Assembly (NCBI GenBank): GCA_040437565.1
Contig: JBDOQK010000052.1
Span: forward strand, 62,001 to 126,000
Origin: Albugo candida
Taxonomy: Eukaryota
Length of the DNA stretch: 64,000 nucleotides
Direction of reading: 5' to 3'
Shown here: in pieces, positions 45,794-58,709 of the stretch
Numbering within the stretch: the stretch's first letter is position 1
Layout of the letters: each line of letters opens with the position of its first letter
Program-made: the position numbers and the translations under genes
Notes under the pieces: model-generated
What the model saw: only the letters and a program-made list of their open reading frames with translations
Told to the model about the DNA's origin: nothing
The model's database searches: none

Positions 45794-46836
45794 TTAGCTC
45801 TTATCGTCGGACTTCAGTATGAATCCGAACGATTGTTCATTGCTTTCTGTCTTTACTATGACAGTAAAAGCTTTCAAAAAATGAGCTCCCAGTAACCATT
45901 TATGTTCTTCATCCGATTTTTCGATGAGAAGAGTGGAGATATCCTTCCGTCTAGTAAAACTGTGAGGCCCCCAAAATGTTATAGAATCTTCCGAGTCGAA
46001 GCATAACTCCAATTCGATAGGATAGTATGAGTGTATGTGGCTTTGAAGAGTATCTGAACCATGTTCTTCATTAGCCCTAGCTTGCCGATCTCTTTAAAAT
46101 AGCTGGGCGGAATTTGTGTTGCTTCATTACCAAATTTAAAAGCAACCGATTCACCAGGAATGAAACGCTCGGAGATTTCACCGGTGCTGAATGATACGTA
46201 GCTTGCTTTTAATATATTTCCATTGAATGTTGGAGTGCCACTGGTACTGTTTCCAAAGTAAAAGCTCGGACAATCGGGAATGGTCCAACTCAGTGTGTAA
46301 ATTCCAGGATTTTCTCGAGTCTAGAAATCAGGGTCTATGCTGGCCATTCGAGACTCCGGATCAACGAATAATTCCTTCAGTCGAACTAGCTCATTAAGAG
46401 ATTCCGCTGTTAAACGCCAAGTTACAAAATGCCACTTATCGCCACCATGGTGATATCGAAAACGTTGTCTTGAGATGTCGAATAATGCCAGCCCTGATTC
46501 GGGGTATCTTTCCTCAGTATCTGATCGTATCTCACAAGAACGTGGCCGATCGTTCATGATGACTAATTTCATGGTATACGACTTCGTTTTTTTTTTCCCG
46601 CTGCACAAGTCCATAAAGAAGTGCTTTTTCGGCTTCGTGATTCCATTTTTGTCAAACTCTAATTTAGGATCGAATTCGACTTGCAATCCAAATCGTTCAT
46701 TTGAATAAGCCTTAGAATCACTGTTAGTCGATGCTGTCCTAACCAGTTGCGCGTACTGGGCAGCCACAAAGGGGTCATACGCGTGGAATACGCCAAGCAT
46801 AGCAAATTTACAAACTTTCAGATAATGATATTTCAT
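45794..46836 (-). pseudogene. Secreted pepsin-fold pseudo-protease family, copy A (disrupted)
   Basis: MKYHYLKVCKFAMLGVFHA...QYAQLV...RFGLQVEF, in-frame TAG at 46321-46323, then FGNEATQIPP, a frameshift, and KWLLGAHFLKAFTVIV. Confidence 0.8.
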
Positions 46837-46949
46837 ATCTTGTACAGAGCGCTTTTTAGGAAATGAGGAAAAGTGATTGTTTATATGGTCCACGACCGGA
46901 CCAAACATGGAACGATGTTTCTTCAGTACCTTCCCAAATGTGGGATTGT

Positions 46950-48400
46950 TGCTTTCGATTCAAACTCATCTTAGTCCAGACAACGGGCACACATCCGATA
47001 AGGTGGACTCCAACTCAAAAGTTTCATTAAACGGCAACGTTTATAATCAAAATTGGTACTTCATACCGACTTCATGGGCATGGAAGCGATCATTGAGGAC
47101 TGAGTAAAGCGACAACGTTGCGCAGAAATCCCGTAGTATGCTAGATTTCGTTAGAATTAATACGCTGTCATGTATGATCTATACTTTATATCTACTTTGT
47201 GGGTATGGAAGCGGACCTTAAGTATTATCATCAGATTGAAACACAAATAGAACTTTGGTAACAAGTACCTCCTGTATAAGGCGATTTGCTGCCACCTTTC
47301 GTGATAATAGAATCGTACTTAATACTCACTTAGTGGGTGGAGAAACCCATGCTTACAAATAAAGTCGTAGCGAAAGGTGTGCAGTAAATTCCACTTGGTC
47401 CCATAATCTGGAGAAACACATAAACGACAACTTCTATAAATTTGTACTTTATCGCAACAATTGGTGGACATGAAAAAACTTCGATCAAGATGGGAGGAAG
47501 CCGATATACGATCCAATTAAATCAGCAAATTCCGAAGAAAGTGCGTTTGTTCCATCACGTCTCTGCCTCTCAGCATCCTTGGCGATGACTGCGTCAAGCT
47601 TGTACAGCCTTTGTACGATGATCGATGTGTTTGAAGACGTTGAAGCGGGTTCAAACCCGGTTTCTACTAGTGGCTGGCATTATGATAAGAGACTTTGGTC
47701 AAGACGAAAGCTGTAAAGATCTAAAAGCGACANNNNNNNNNNNNNNNNNNNNNNNNNNNNNNNNNNNNNNNNNNNNNNNNNNNNNNNNNNNNNNNNNNNN
47801 NNNNNNNNNNNNNNNNNNNNNNNNNNNNNNNNAAGCTTGTACAGCCTTTGTACGATGATCGATGTGTTTGAAGACGTTGAAGCGGGTTCAAACCCGGTTT
47901 CTACTAGTGGCTGGCATTATGATAAGAGACTTTGGTCAAGACGAAAGCTGTAAAGATCTAAAAGCGACAGAATTTCGAAGCTGTAAAAAAGTGAATACTT
48001 GGATGCTTGAGATCGCTATATAGCTTTCCAGGAACGTGGAGACGCACTGGGTTTTGATGCAAGTCAATACTACTGTAGCCCGCGTGTCATCAGTAACTAT
48101 TTCCAGTCAAGTGACTACATCTGCTTCGCTAGTTTGAATCAGCAAAATACACTTGCTCGAGCGAGCTGGTAGGGATCATTGCGGTCTTATGATTGTTCAA
48201 TTATCTGTATTGAAGTGCAACCAAAAAATTATCGCGCAGAGATTTGGACACGAAAGGTTCCCGTTACGCCTCTTGCACACTTCATTGCACATTATGGTGT
48301 CATCACAAAGATGCAGGTCGTCGAGGGACCTGCAAGCAGTGGTTGGAGCTCACTATCTTATGGCCGGCTCCTAGCTTGTCGTAAGCCCAAAGATGTTCTT
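46950..48400. repeat. Diverged segmental duplication: upstream flank of copy A, homologous to 54285-55480 (upstream of copy C)
   Basis: Shared collinear blocks, e.g. gctttcgattcaaactcatctt, gttgcgcagaaatcc, gtactttatcgca and ggttggagctca. Confidence 0.85.
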
Positions 48401-49415
48401 GCAGCAAATAAACGCTGCACTGCACTTACAGCGCTGTAGTATGAATGCTTGGTCAAAGCGACTGATTTTATGTCTACTTTCTAGCGCCAAACAGATCATA
48501 GGAGGCAACCATATCATAATCATTTGTGACAGTACAGTACAGCTATGCATACCGCCTTGCAATTTAAGAATGAATGTTCGATATCAATCACGAGCTGCAT
48601 CGTGACGATTTTCCGCCAATCCTTTGCAATTCACACGTAAATTGTCTCCTGAATGNNNNNNNNNNNNNNNNNNNNNNNNNNNNNNNNNNNNNNNNNNNNN
48701 NNNNNNNNNNNNNNNNNNNNNNNNNNNNNNNNNNNNNNNNNNNNNNNNNNNNNNNAATGAATCCCATTGTGCTCGCCACAAGCACCAAGGAATCCTTTGG
48801 GATACGTCAAATGCAGCAGCAGGCAGTGTATATGACGGGATTGCTAACGAAATGCGTACGATAGTCGATTGCGTCCTATTTGGTAACCTCAGGAAGCTCA
48901 ATTCGACCAATTCCGGGCATCAATCGAGTCGGAATCGCTTCATCCATAAGCCGGGATGTCGACGAAATTCTGCCTGCATTCGCATTTGAGCGCTTACGAG
49001 TCGATTCACTCGATTGTAGACGACGTATTTTTGTGACAGAATCCAGCCTCCCGGGCATACTTGGTTTTTTATTCAACGAGGTTTTCTTTGTCGCTTTTGT
49101 GGTCGCAGTACGCTCCATTTTGGCTCGTTGTGTTTTTGATATTGGCACTCTTAACGAAGAAGAACTGCTACGATTCGCTTTTGCCTTTGGTGGGGGTTTG
49201 CTATTGCTCTCTCGCGATTCAATCGTTTTGATGTGTCGATGGGTCGCTTCTTCGGGTCCGACTTGTTCCAATTCGAAAGTGTGATCCTCTTTTTCAGGCG
49301 TGGATTCCTCGATATNNNNNNNNNNNNNNNNNNNNNNNNNNNNNNNNNNNNNNNNNNNNNNNNNNNNNNNNNNNNNNNNNNNNNNNNNNNNNNNNNNNNN
49401 NNNNNNNNNNNNNNN

Positions 49416-50570
49416 AAATTTGATTGAGAATTGGAAGGAGATAATGACAGCAGATCCATTTTCGGTGTGCTCACTGCATACACAGCACTACTAAAGTGCA
49501 GTGACTCGAGATAGACGCCTTCACGCATGAATCCTTTCAGTGGAGATGCCCATCCATCCCACATAACCTGCAGCCAGTGAAATCTTCATGCCGCAACAAT
49601 ACGCGAGGATACTGGTCCATATCTGGGTATTTGGAGGCCACGCTTTCTACCGATTGATCAGAGGGATACCGAGTCTCAAATTCTTCATTGGTTCTACTCC
49701 ATCAGCCACCGCGATCCCTGTATACTCGTCCACACTTGTTTCCTGCTCAAAACGACTCGTGCAGTGATATAACGCATCAGGATATATATGAACCTCTTCT
49801 TCAACGCTCATAGTCGCAGTGTCCACGTGTATCTCAGGCTGTGTTGGCGATTGAGAAGGTGTTGAAGTTCCAGTAAACTCCTTGATTTCGCCTTGGATGG
49901 CTGCTCAATCTATCCAAAAGCTGGCTCATGAGTTTTTGCATGATCCAGTCAAAGTCACCATTATTCCGATGATCTGGCTGCGTCAATTTCGGTAACGCAG
50001 ATTGTAGAAGTCGTTGAGGATCGCGCACGTGATGCTCACATTCACGCCCTTCTCCAAAAGTATCATCACACTCGAAAGAATCTCNNNNNNNNNNNNNNNN
50101 NNNNNNNNNNNNNNNNNNNNNNNNNNNNNNNNNNNNNNNNNNNNNNNNNNNNNNNNNNNNNNNNNNNNNNNNNNNNNNNNNNNNCAGTGATATAACGCAT
50201 CAGGATATATATGAACCTCTTCTTCAACGCTCATAGTCGCAGTGTCCACGAGTATCTCAGGCTGTGTTGGCGATTGAGAAGGTGTTGAAGTTCCAGTAAA
50301 CTCCTTGATTTCGCCTTGGATGGCTCGTGCATACATTCCTTTTGGATCTCGCTACATGGCTACAGAGATATTCACATCCACAAAGACTTTATGAAATGGA
50401 ATGCCTATTTGCTTGTGCGTTTCTCAGACAACTTTTCGGTCTTCTCGAATGGAGATATCAAGGTCACTAGTGCGATGACACCCGTTTCCTGCTCGACGAA
50501 TACTCTCTCTTCGATCGGCGATTGTATAAGTCTTGATTGAGCCCCATTCGAAGGTTACATTAGAAGAAAG
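49416..50570 (-). pseudogene. PAPSS: Bifunctional PAPS synthase (APS kinase + ATP sulfurylase) pseudogene remnant
   Basis: APS kinase pieces NLRMGLNQDL, LVTLISPF, IPFHKVFVD and [20 protein letters not shown]...[10 protein letters not shown] sulfurylase pieces PRVLLRHED and [28 protein letters not shown]. Stops, frameshifts and deletions throughout. Confidence 0.85.
49903..50084 (+). pseudogene. DEAD-box RNA helicase fragment (Dbp3/Dbp2-like interdomain region)
   Basis: QSIQKLAHEFLHDPVKVTI, then a frameshift, then SDDLAASISVTQIVEVVEDRARDAHIHALLQKYHHTRKN. Confidence 0.75.
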
Positions 50571-51433
50571 AGAAATCCAGACGGAGACACGTCAAACGCA
50601 ATAACACGGTCAATTGTAGAACTGAGGCGGAAGGTGTCGGGTCGAAGTTGCTTCACCTTAACCAAGTGCTCTTCTCTCTTTCATCGTCGGAATTATCTTG
50701 CTCCACTGGGCGATAGATTGTTCATGGATACATTGGAATTGTCTGGCTTCAGCAGATCAATCTGGGCTACTCTCAATCAGTTCTCAGAGGAGCTATTTGG
50801 CTGGATGCATTCGCGCTTATCGTGAAGCCAAAGTCTCTCATGGTCATTCTGAATGTAGCACGGTGAGACTCGGTCATGCTCCGTTCATGCAAAAAAGGAT
50901 CCTAATATTAGTGAATATGGATTTAATATGTAAATGCGATTCGAATCAGCCAATTGGTTCTGTCATGAGCACTAAAGAATGCAGAACCGCAATATCATAT
51001 ATTTTTTGTCGGCGAGCAATCGCAGTCAGTTTGATTCCATGCATAGACATACTTTCTCGATCGTGTAGAGAATACGTCATATATTGATAGAGACGTAGTG
51101 TACGCTTTGAATGCATAGATGATCGGTGCTTCAGGATAGGGTCACGCATTTGAACATTCTTTCACGCAGAAATACTGACGTCCGTGTCAACTACGGCCAA
51201 TGCGTAATATTTTGTTTGTAGAAGGATGCGCGGCCATAGTCCTTCATATCTACTCATTTGACAAAAGGAAACCTACTTGGAGCAGTTGAGATGGTATCAT
51301 GATTAGAACTTTGAATCTCGAGGGTTGCGTAGCCTTCTTTATTATTCGTTATCTCAGATATACTAGCGAAAATGTACTATTCGAAATTGGGGCAAATAGC
51401 ATTCAAGTGAAGCTTGCTATGTATACTGAGTAT

Positions 51434-52392
51434 TTATCTTCTTGGATGAACAAATGTTTCTTTTACTTGTTTTTCCCGTTCGATGATTTGCATCTCATCC
51501 TTTCCTGAATCTATTATGGTAGTATAATGTTTTAGGAAAGGACCACCCACTACCCATTCATTGTCATTCTGCGATTCCGTAAGAAGAAGATCGCCACTAG
51601 AAGTGTGGGTTTCTATCATCCCGAAAAGTTGTATGGATTTCAGGCTAATCTGCATTAGTGATGAGCGAGTATAGTCTGGAGTGTTACCTTTATCCATCGA
51701 ATAATCGGGGGTTTTCTCATTGAACTTGGTAATGAACTTGTGATTTTACCAGCGTTTTCATAAACTTTTCTCGGAACTTGTGTTGCGACATTACCAATTA
51801 CGAACTTGACTATTTGGTGACTGTACAAAACATTTTGGAATTCAACAGTGGCCACTACAATGGAATTTTTCATGGATATCTGTACTGAGGGTCCTGGATT
51901 TCCGTGAAATATATTTCCAAAGTAGACATGCGTATTTTTTTGCGATATATCTCCAAGGTATAAATACGGATCATCGTTCTTCCAAATGAACGAAAAAATA
52001 TGGGGATCTAATCCTACGTGTGTCAACACTGATGCTAAGCTCCGGTAAAGCGAACAAACGGTAGTTTTAAGTCCCTGCGCCAAATCAACTGCTTGATATT
52101 TCCAAGTCGTGTGGTACCCATTGCCAATCGCTGTCGTTACGGCTGACGAATCGTCTTCGAAGACTAACTCCATAGTGTACGAATTATCGCCGGGGTTTTC
52201 TAGCTCCGGAATAACACCATCTGGTTCGGCGCTCAAAGGAGGATCAAATTTGACTTTCAAACCAAAATACTTGCTTTTACCATCCGATAAGGTCCTGACC
52301 ATTTTCGCATACTGGCCAACCACAAAAGGGGACCACGCGTGGAATACTCCGAACACAGCAAGTCCATACGCTTTTAAATATTGATATTGCAT
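51434..52392 (-). pseudogene. Secreted pepsin-fold pseudo-protease family, copy B (frameshifted)
   Basis: MQYQYLKAYGLAVFGVFHAWSPFVVGQY..., IFSFIWKNDDPYLYLGDI, IGNVATQVP, a frame change near 51700, then EWVVGGPFLKHYTTIIDS. Confidence 0.8.
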
Positions 52393-52614
52393 ATCTTGTG
52401 TAGAGCGCTGTTTGGAGAATGAAGAAGATTGCTTATGCAAAAGGACCACGACCGGACCAAACATGGAACGATGTTTGATTTTCCCGAAGTGGGATCGATC
52501 CAAGCTCATCGTTGNNNNNNNNNNNNNNNNNNNNNNNNNNNNNNNNNNNNNNNNNNNNNNNNNNNNNNNNNNNNNNNNNNNNNNNNNNNNNNNNNNNNNN
52601 NNNNNNNNNNNNNN

Positions 52615-53060
52615 TCAAAAATCGGTGCTTCAGAATAGGGTGGAGCGTTTGGTTATGTATGCCACAGTAAATTATATATGTGGAAGCGAAGGATCCTGAA
52701 CCAGCTATCTTTTCTAGATCTCGCCGAGAGCGGAAGAGGCTACTGAGCTCAATTCTATAATTTTGACTGGAACGCATACGCGCACAAACCATTGACGTTC
52801 GGCTTATCCACGGCGAAAGGTAATTTGTCTTTGTACAACTACGCGCGGCCATCATCCTCGATATCTTATGCTTGACCCAACTGACAAAAAACGTTCACGT
52901 GAAGCAGCGAAGGTAACTTAGAAGAATGGCATTACGCTGCAAAACTGTGCTTTCTTCAGGGTCTAATTGTCAACGAGCTAAAATTGATTAGAATACTTGG
53001 GCACAATTGCACTGAAACGAAGCTGGCTATGTATATTGAGTATTTATCTTTTTGGATGTA
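52615..53060. repeat. Conserved 3' flank of the pseudo-protease genes, homologous to 51120-51440 and 58195-58700
   Basis: atcggtg..tcag.a.agggt, ttgggcacaattgcact and gctatgtata..ga recur behind copies B, C and D. Confidence 0.8.
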
Positions 53061-54173
53061 CTACATATCTCTTGTGCTTCGCCCTTTGAACTTTCGAACA
53101 GATCTGAACCTTACCATTTTGTTGCGTGTGTCTACAATGGCAGTATAAGCCTTCAAAAGTGAAGAACCCATGACCCATTCACCTGCTCTTGTCGACTTCT
53201 CGATGAGTAAACCACAGCGATCATGCTGCCTGACAAAACTTTGTTCCGCCAGCAATGTCACAAATTTTTGCCCGGCGTGCTTCATTGTTAATTCGAGGAG
53301 ATTGTCTGAGGTGCCATGTTTGGCCATAAAAGCATCGAGTTGTGAGCAATCCATTTTGTAGTGACCATCTTCGCTGAGACTGAGATCAAGCCCCTTCTTG
53401 CCGATCTCTTCGAATATTTCAGGCGGAACTTGTGTTGCATCATTATCAAATTGAAGAGTAACTTTTTGTTTAGGATAAGAATGTTGTAGGAATTCGATAG
53501 CGACATCTGATAGTGCTGATTCTGTTAATTGTGCCTCTGGAGTGAATGAATGCTCTTCTGCCTTTGGATAGAATGAATGCTCCTCCGTAGATAATTCTCC
53601 AAGGTACAAATCCGGATTATCGTAACGATTCCAAATCAACGAGTAAAACCCTACAATTTCTGGAAAGTAGACTTGAGCATTGATACTAGTCTTCGGGTAA
53701 ACGTATAATTCTTTCCGTTCAACTGACTCCTTCAGAGATTTCCATGTTTTTTTCCAAGCCGTACAGTATATACCACCGTTGATACGTTGCTTTGTAGTAC
53801 ATTCTCTTTCCATGTTGTATAGTCGCAGCCATGAAATGAAGTTATCCAGCAACGACGCCTTATATCTTTGTCCAGTAGTCCTCGCCATTTCTTCTTGCCT
53901 AACTGAAGCTGTCTGAGATTTCGTGATAAGTAGTTTGATAGTATACTCTTCTTTGCTAATAGGTTGTGGATCCATGAGAGTTCCATCATTGTTGGTTTTC
54001 ACAGAAGGCGTGATTTCGACTTCCAATCCAAATCGTTTTACAAAATGGTCGGAGCCACGGCTGGTCGGTGATGCCTCGACCATTTTCACATACTGGCCAG
54101 CCGCAAAAGACCCCCAAGCGTGCAATACTCCAACCACAGCAAGTCCATACGCTTCCAGATGATAATATTTCAT
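53061..54173 (-). CDS. Secreted pepsin-fold (A1 aspartic protease-like) protein lacking catalytic motifs, copy C
   Basis: Intronless 370 aa ORF with a signal-peptide-like N-terminus. GFYSLIW..DLYLGE, GHYKMDCS and EWVMGSSLLKAYTAIVD..NKMVRF match the pepsin C-lobe; no D[TS]G. Confidence 0.8.
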   Translation of the reverse strand: MKYYHLEAYGLAVVGVLHAWGSFAAGQYVKMVEASPTSRGSDHFVKRFGLEVEITPSVKTNNDGTLMDPQPISKEEYTIKLLITKSQTASVRQEEMARTTGQRYKASLLDNFISWLRLYNMERECTTKQRINGGIYCTAWKKTWKSLKESVERKELYVYPKTSINAQVYFPEIVGFYSLIWNRYDNPDLYLGELSTEEHSFYPKAEEHSFTPEAQLTESALSDVAIEFLQHSYPKQKVTLQFDNDATQVPPEIFEEIGKKGLDLSLSEDGHYKMDCSQLDAFMAKHGTSDNLLELTMKHAGQKFVTLLAEQSFVRQHDRCGLLIEKSTRAGEWVMGSSLLKAYTAIVDTRNKMVRFRSVRKFKGRSTRDM

Positions 54174-57100
54174 TCCTTCTGCAGAGCGCTTTTTGTAGAA
54201 TTAAAAAGATTGATTATGCGAATGGACCTCGACCGGACCAAGCATGGGACGATGTTCCTCCAGTACCATCCCTAAAGTGGGATTGTAGCTTTCGATTCAA
54301 ACTCATCTTTGGGTACAGACAACGGGCACCCATCCGATAAGGTTGGCTTCACCTGAGTAACGCTATGAAGCTAGCAACTTTTGTAATTTAGAATGGTACT
54401 TCATACCGGCTTTGTGGGTATGGGAGCGGCCATTGAGGACTGAATATAGCGACAACAAGTTGCGCAGAAATCCGGCAGTATGCTACACCTCCTTAGAGTT
54501 AATACGCTGTCATTTATGATCTCTGTACTTTATGTCTACTTTGGGGGTAAGGAAGCGGACCCTAAGTATCATCATCGGATTGAAAGCTATACAGAACTCT
54601 GGTCGCATGCGCCTCCCTGTACAAGGTGATATACTAACACCTTTTGTAGAATTCGAATCATACTTTATACTGACTTAGTGGTACAATAAGGCATATTTAC
54701 GATTATAGTCAGAGCGAAAGGTGCCCAGTACTCGTGGTCGCATTGCATTGCCTTGATAAACGCATAAACGGCAATTGTTATGATTTAGAATTCGTACTTT
54801 ATCGCATAGTTTTGTGGCAAGAAAAAAGATCACGGTCGAGATGCGAGGAAGCCGATAAACGATCCATTTGATCAGCAACCTCGTGGAAAATGCGAAAGTG
54901 TTATCGCTTTCGAGCCTTCACAGTATAAGTCACTGGTCGATGGTTGTGTCAAACTGAGCAGTCCTTCTACGCTGATCAGTTTTTTTGAAGGCGTTAGGGT
55001 TGGTTCGAAACTGGCACCTACCGACTCTTGCATTCGAATATGACACTTTGACCAAGCTGCAAAAATGTCGAAGACATCAACTTTTCAAGCGGTAAATTTA
55101 GAAAGTTGGATGTTTACAGGCACTATTGAGCTCTTTAGGAACGTCGAGATGCAGCGGGCATTGATGTGGAACGAACTCAGTTCAGTTGGCACGATAGCCC
55201 TGCTCGTAGTCAAGTGATTACATGTGGTACGCTGGTTTGACTCAGCAAAATACACTCTGTGTGAGTAAACTGATATGGCTCATTGCATTCTTCAAATTGT
55301 TGAATGGTTGTATTAACGTGAAACAAAAAAAAGTATTACGGAGATTCGGACACGAAGTTTCGCGTCGCTTGCAAACCCCATCGCACATTCTGGTGTCATC
55401 AAAGCGAAGCAGGTCGTGGAGTGACTTCAAAGCGTTGGTTGGAGCTCATGGTCTTTTAGCTTGCTCCCGAGCAAAAAGATCTTCAAGTCAAAAGCATTAT
55501 ACAAATTGATCGGTTCAATCATGGTAAGATCCAGCAACATTACTATAACTGTCATTGATGAAAACGAAGCCGAAAGTGCACAAGCTTATTCAGGCAGCGC
55601 CCAAAATCTCGTCTAGCAATCTCAGACGGCTTTGTAGTAACTACGTCGCTTCACTTTTAGTGTTACCGTAGGACTTTACTTTTTGAAATGTCTGATGGTT
55701 TTCTATATTTTGATATCGCCATGGAGATCGTAGGAGACAACGGGTACCAGTAGAATGTTCCTTAGTCGAAGCAAATTCCTTCCACGTGAAATATCTTTGG
55801 TAGAGCATTTTTCCAGTCCAGGGCTTGACGAGGAGCTATAATAGAATCTGATGTCCTCGCGCACTTCCATCTTCTGCGCCTCCATAAACCGAGATTAATA
55901 GATGACTGGGAGCAAGCGTAAAGCCAAACGGAGTCCGCATTAAAAAGCATGAAAGATTTTCCTGTGGCGCGTGTGGAGGATCTCGGCAAATGAAATTCAT
56001 TCATTCTGGTGATGCGATCGAGAGGTAGCGCAGGAATGATCGATGTGGGTCATTTCATTTCACAAATTGTATACACTCCTCGAGTATGCTCACCTTGCCA
56101 CTGCTGAAGTTTAATGTGTACCCGCTAATCGTCCGGATCGGGAGCGAATAGCAGTGCACATGTACGCATCGCACTAGTGGGATCGTAGTATGCTGTGCTT
56201 GAGTGTACACTGAACTAAAGAAAACGCTACTATCCTCTAATATATCCACTTGCAGGCTGCGACGCAATATTGTCGACAACGAGATACTGATTGCCTCATC
56301 GCCGCCCTCGTTTTCTACCGCAAACTGATACTTTGACGAACTACAGCTGAATCTCTAACCATCCTGCAAGAACCTAGGATAAGATACTGTTCATCTTACA
56401 GAGTACTAGCTAGAACATATGGACGACCTTGTCTATGCCAAATAAGAGCCAACACTTAAAGACAACTAAGCCTACATAGCACATAATTGTGTTCAGGGTA
56501 CGAGGTGCGACAAACCATGTTTTTAGCTTACACGTGCGGGGAAGTCCATTTGAATAAGTACGCGTCTAGTGTACTCATGTCAAAAGTAGGACTCCCTCTA
56601 AGGAGCAGCGACACCCTCCATATTCTTTGAAGTTACATCAGGATGAACAGTCGTGCTCCACCGTGCTTTGTGTCATAAAAATAGTACCTGCCGATCGCAT
56701 CTTAAAACACAATACTTGGTGTCGATTGCGGGTCTATCGCACCGGAGAATTATGCACTAAAGGCTCCATGGTTGTAGCCGTGTCCTTCCAAAGAATTATA
56801 AAGATTCTGTCCAAGTCGTTATGAGATTTTGGCAACGCTGTTACGGTGGGTCACACCAATCACAAGTATTACAGTAACTTCCTATACCTACGACACGTGC
56901 GATGTTGCACGACATTTTACACTATGAAAAAGGAAATATTCTCTTGTATGGAAATTTTTTTGAGCAAAATTGGTACCCGTAGAGAAGCGAACAATCACAA
57001 AGAACGAGTGACTTCATCTCATACGCTCAGTAACATCAAGGTAGACAACGCGACTCGAATTCATGGATGCGTAAATGGGCACCTTGGTGAGCGCGCTTAC

Positions 57101-58124
57101 CATCATCCAATGCCGTCATCCGGAAGCATGTAGATCGTCCAGGCTTTAATGTTTTTCTTGCAAGAAGCTGTCTTTGAAGGCGATTAATGTCCCAATGTGG
57201 CAATTCCAATAAGAGTGTCTATCAGATTTTGTGGTGCAGGTGGGTAATTGCATCAATATCGCTGGTATGGTGGCAATGGTGCTTTGGTTGACTCGGTATG
57301 CACAGATAGATTCCCTTCCAACGCGACGTCTCATTTCAAGATCCTAGAGTACTGAATCAAAAGATATATCAAGTCAATGGTTTCTCAGTGGCGTTATACT
57401 TTCTACCGTACTTGATGATCGGAGTGCTGGGAGCTGTACTTCGGTAAATTTGTGTTTCTAGAAAGTTGGTGGTACTGCGAGAATCTACTGGACGACTGAG
57501 TTTGTTTTGATAGTTGCATACTCGATTCTGCGAAGCGTGAGCATCGAGACAATCATCTTTTCTCTAGCTTTACATATGCTAGCAATGACATATTGTGCAA
57601 GGCATGAATCCACTACATCAACGGAATTGCTTCAGTTGGAAAGCATAGGAATGTTACGGGATATGGGAATTTGCAGACTCGCCTTAGATAAAAAGCTGTA
57701 TAATCATTTGAAAATCGCGGTGGCGAATGCGGGTCAACTTGCAGCTATTCCGCTGGTTAATCTTTGGGTTCATATTATGCATGGATCACGCTCCCAGTGC
57801 TGGACGTACGTTCCATGTGATTACCTTCATGTGGCTCAACAATGTCGTTTACTTGGGTCGTGGCCGCACATCTTGCCACGCGAAAATGCTACCCCACGAT
57901 GACACATCATTCCACGCCATCACGCAATAGTATCATGGGGTGACTGGAAGCATAGTTGATTTCTGCAAGGAAGCATATTGGATCTGATTGTTCTCGCTCT
58001 ATAAGATGCACTGAGCACGCACTCCCTGTTGATCTCGAATAAGTCATCTTTATCATGCAGAAACGGAGCATCTGAGTCATAGCGACGATCTGCTCGATCA
58101 AATCGAGTAATTGTGCTAGTTATG

Positions 58125-58170
58125 CACAGACACGCAGTCTATGCGTACACAGACACGCAGTCTATGCGTA
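58125..58170. repeat. Exact 23 bp tandem duplication
   Basis: cacagacacgcagtctatgcgta occurs twice in tandem. Confidence 0.9.
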
Positions 58171-58709
58171 CACTATGTACTGAATACGTCAAAGATCGGT
58201 GTGTCAGAACAGGGTGAATCATTTGGACTTGTGTATGCCAAAAGTGGATCGTAGCTGAAGAAGCGAAGAATACCTGAACGCGCTATCTTTTCTAGATCTC
58301 CCGAAAGCGCAAGAGGCTACTGAGCTCATTCCATGATTTGACTGGAAACGCGCTCACGCACCAAGCAATGACGTTCGGGTCATCTACGGCCAAATGTAAT
58401 ATGCCTGTGTACAACTACGCGCGGACATCGTCCTCTATATCGTTTGCTTGACTCAAGTGAGAAAAAACTTTAACGCGAGCTGTGAAGATAGTTCGGAAGA
58501 ATGACATCACGCTTTATAACTGTGTTTTGTCGAGGCTTGAGCATGTGTGGAAGTATCTGATTGTCGATTTCTGATCGTTCGTTTTCTTAGTCCTACGAGC
58601 TACGATTGATTAGAAAACTTGGGCACAATTGCACTCAAACGAAGCGTGCTATGTATATTGACTAATTATCTTCTTGAATAAACTAAATGTCTTTTGTGCT
58701 ACGCCCTTT

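Noticed and set aside
46837-46908. Upstream in-frame start (MFGPVV...) for pseudo-protease copies A and B
   Set aside because: Not open in intact copies C and D and would bury the signal peptide; likely 5' UTR.
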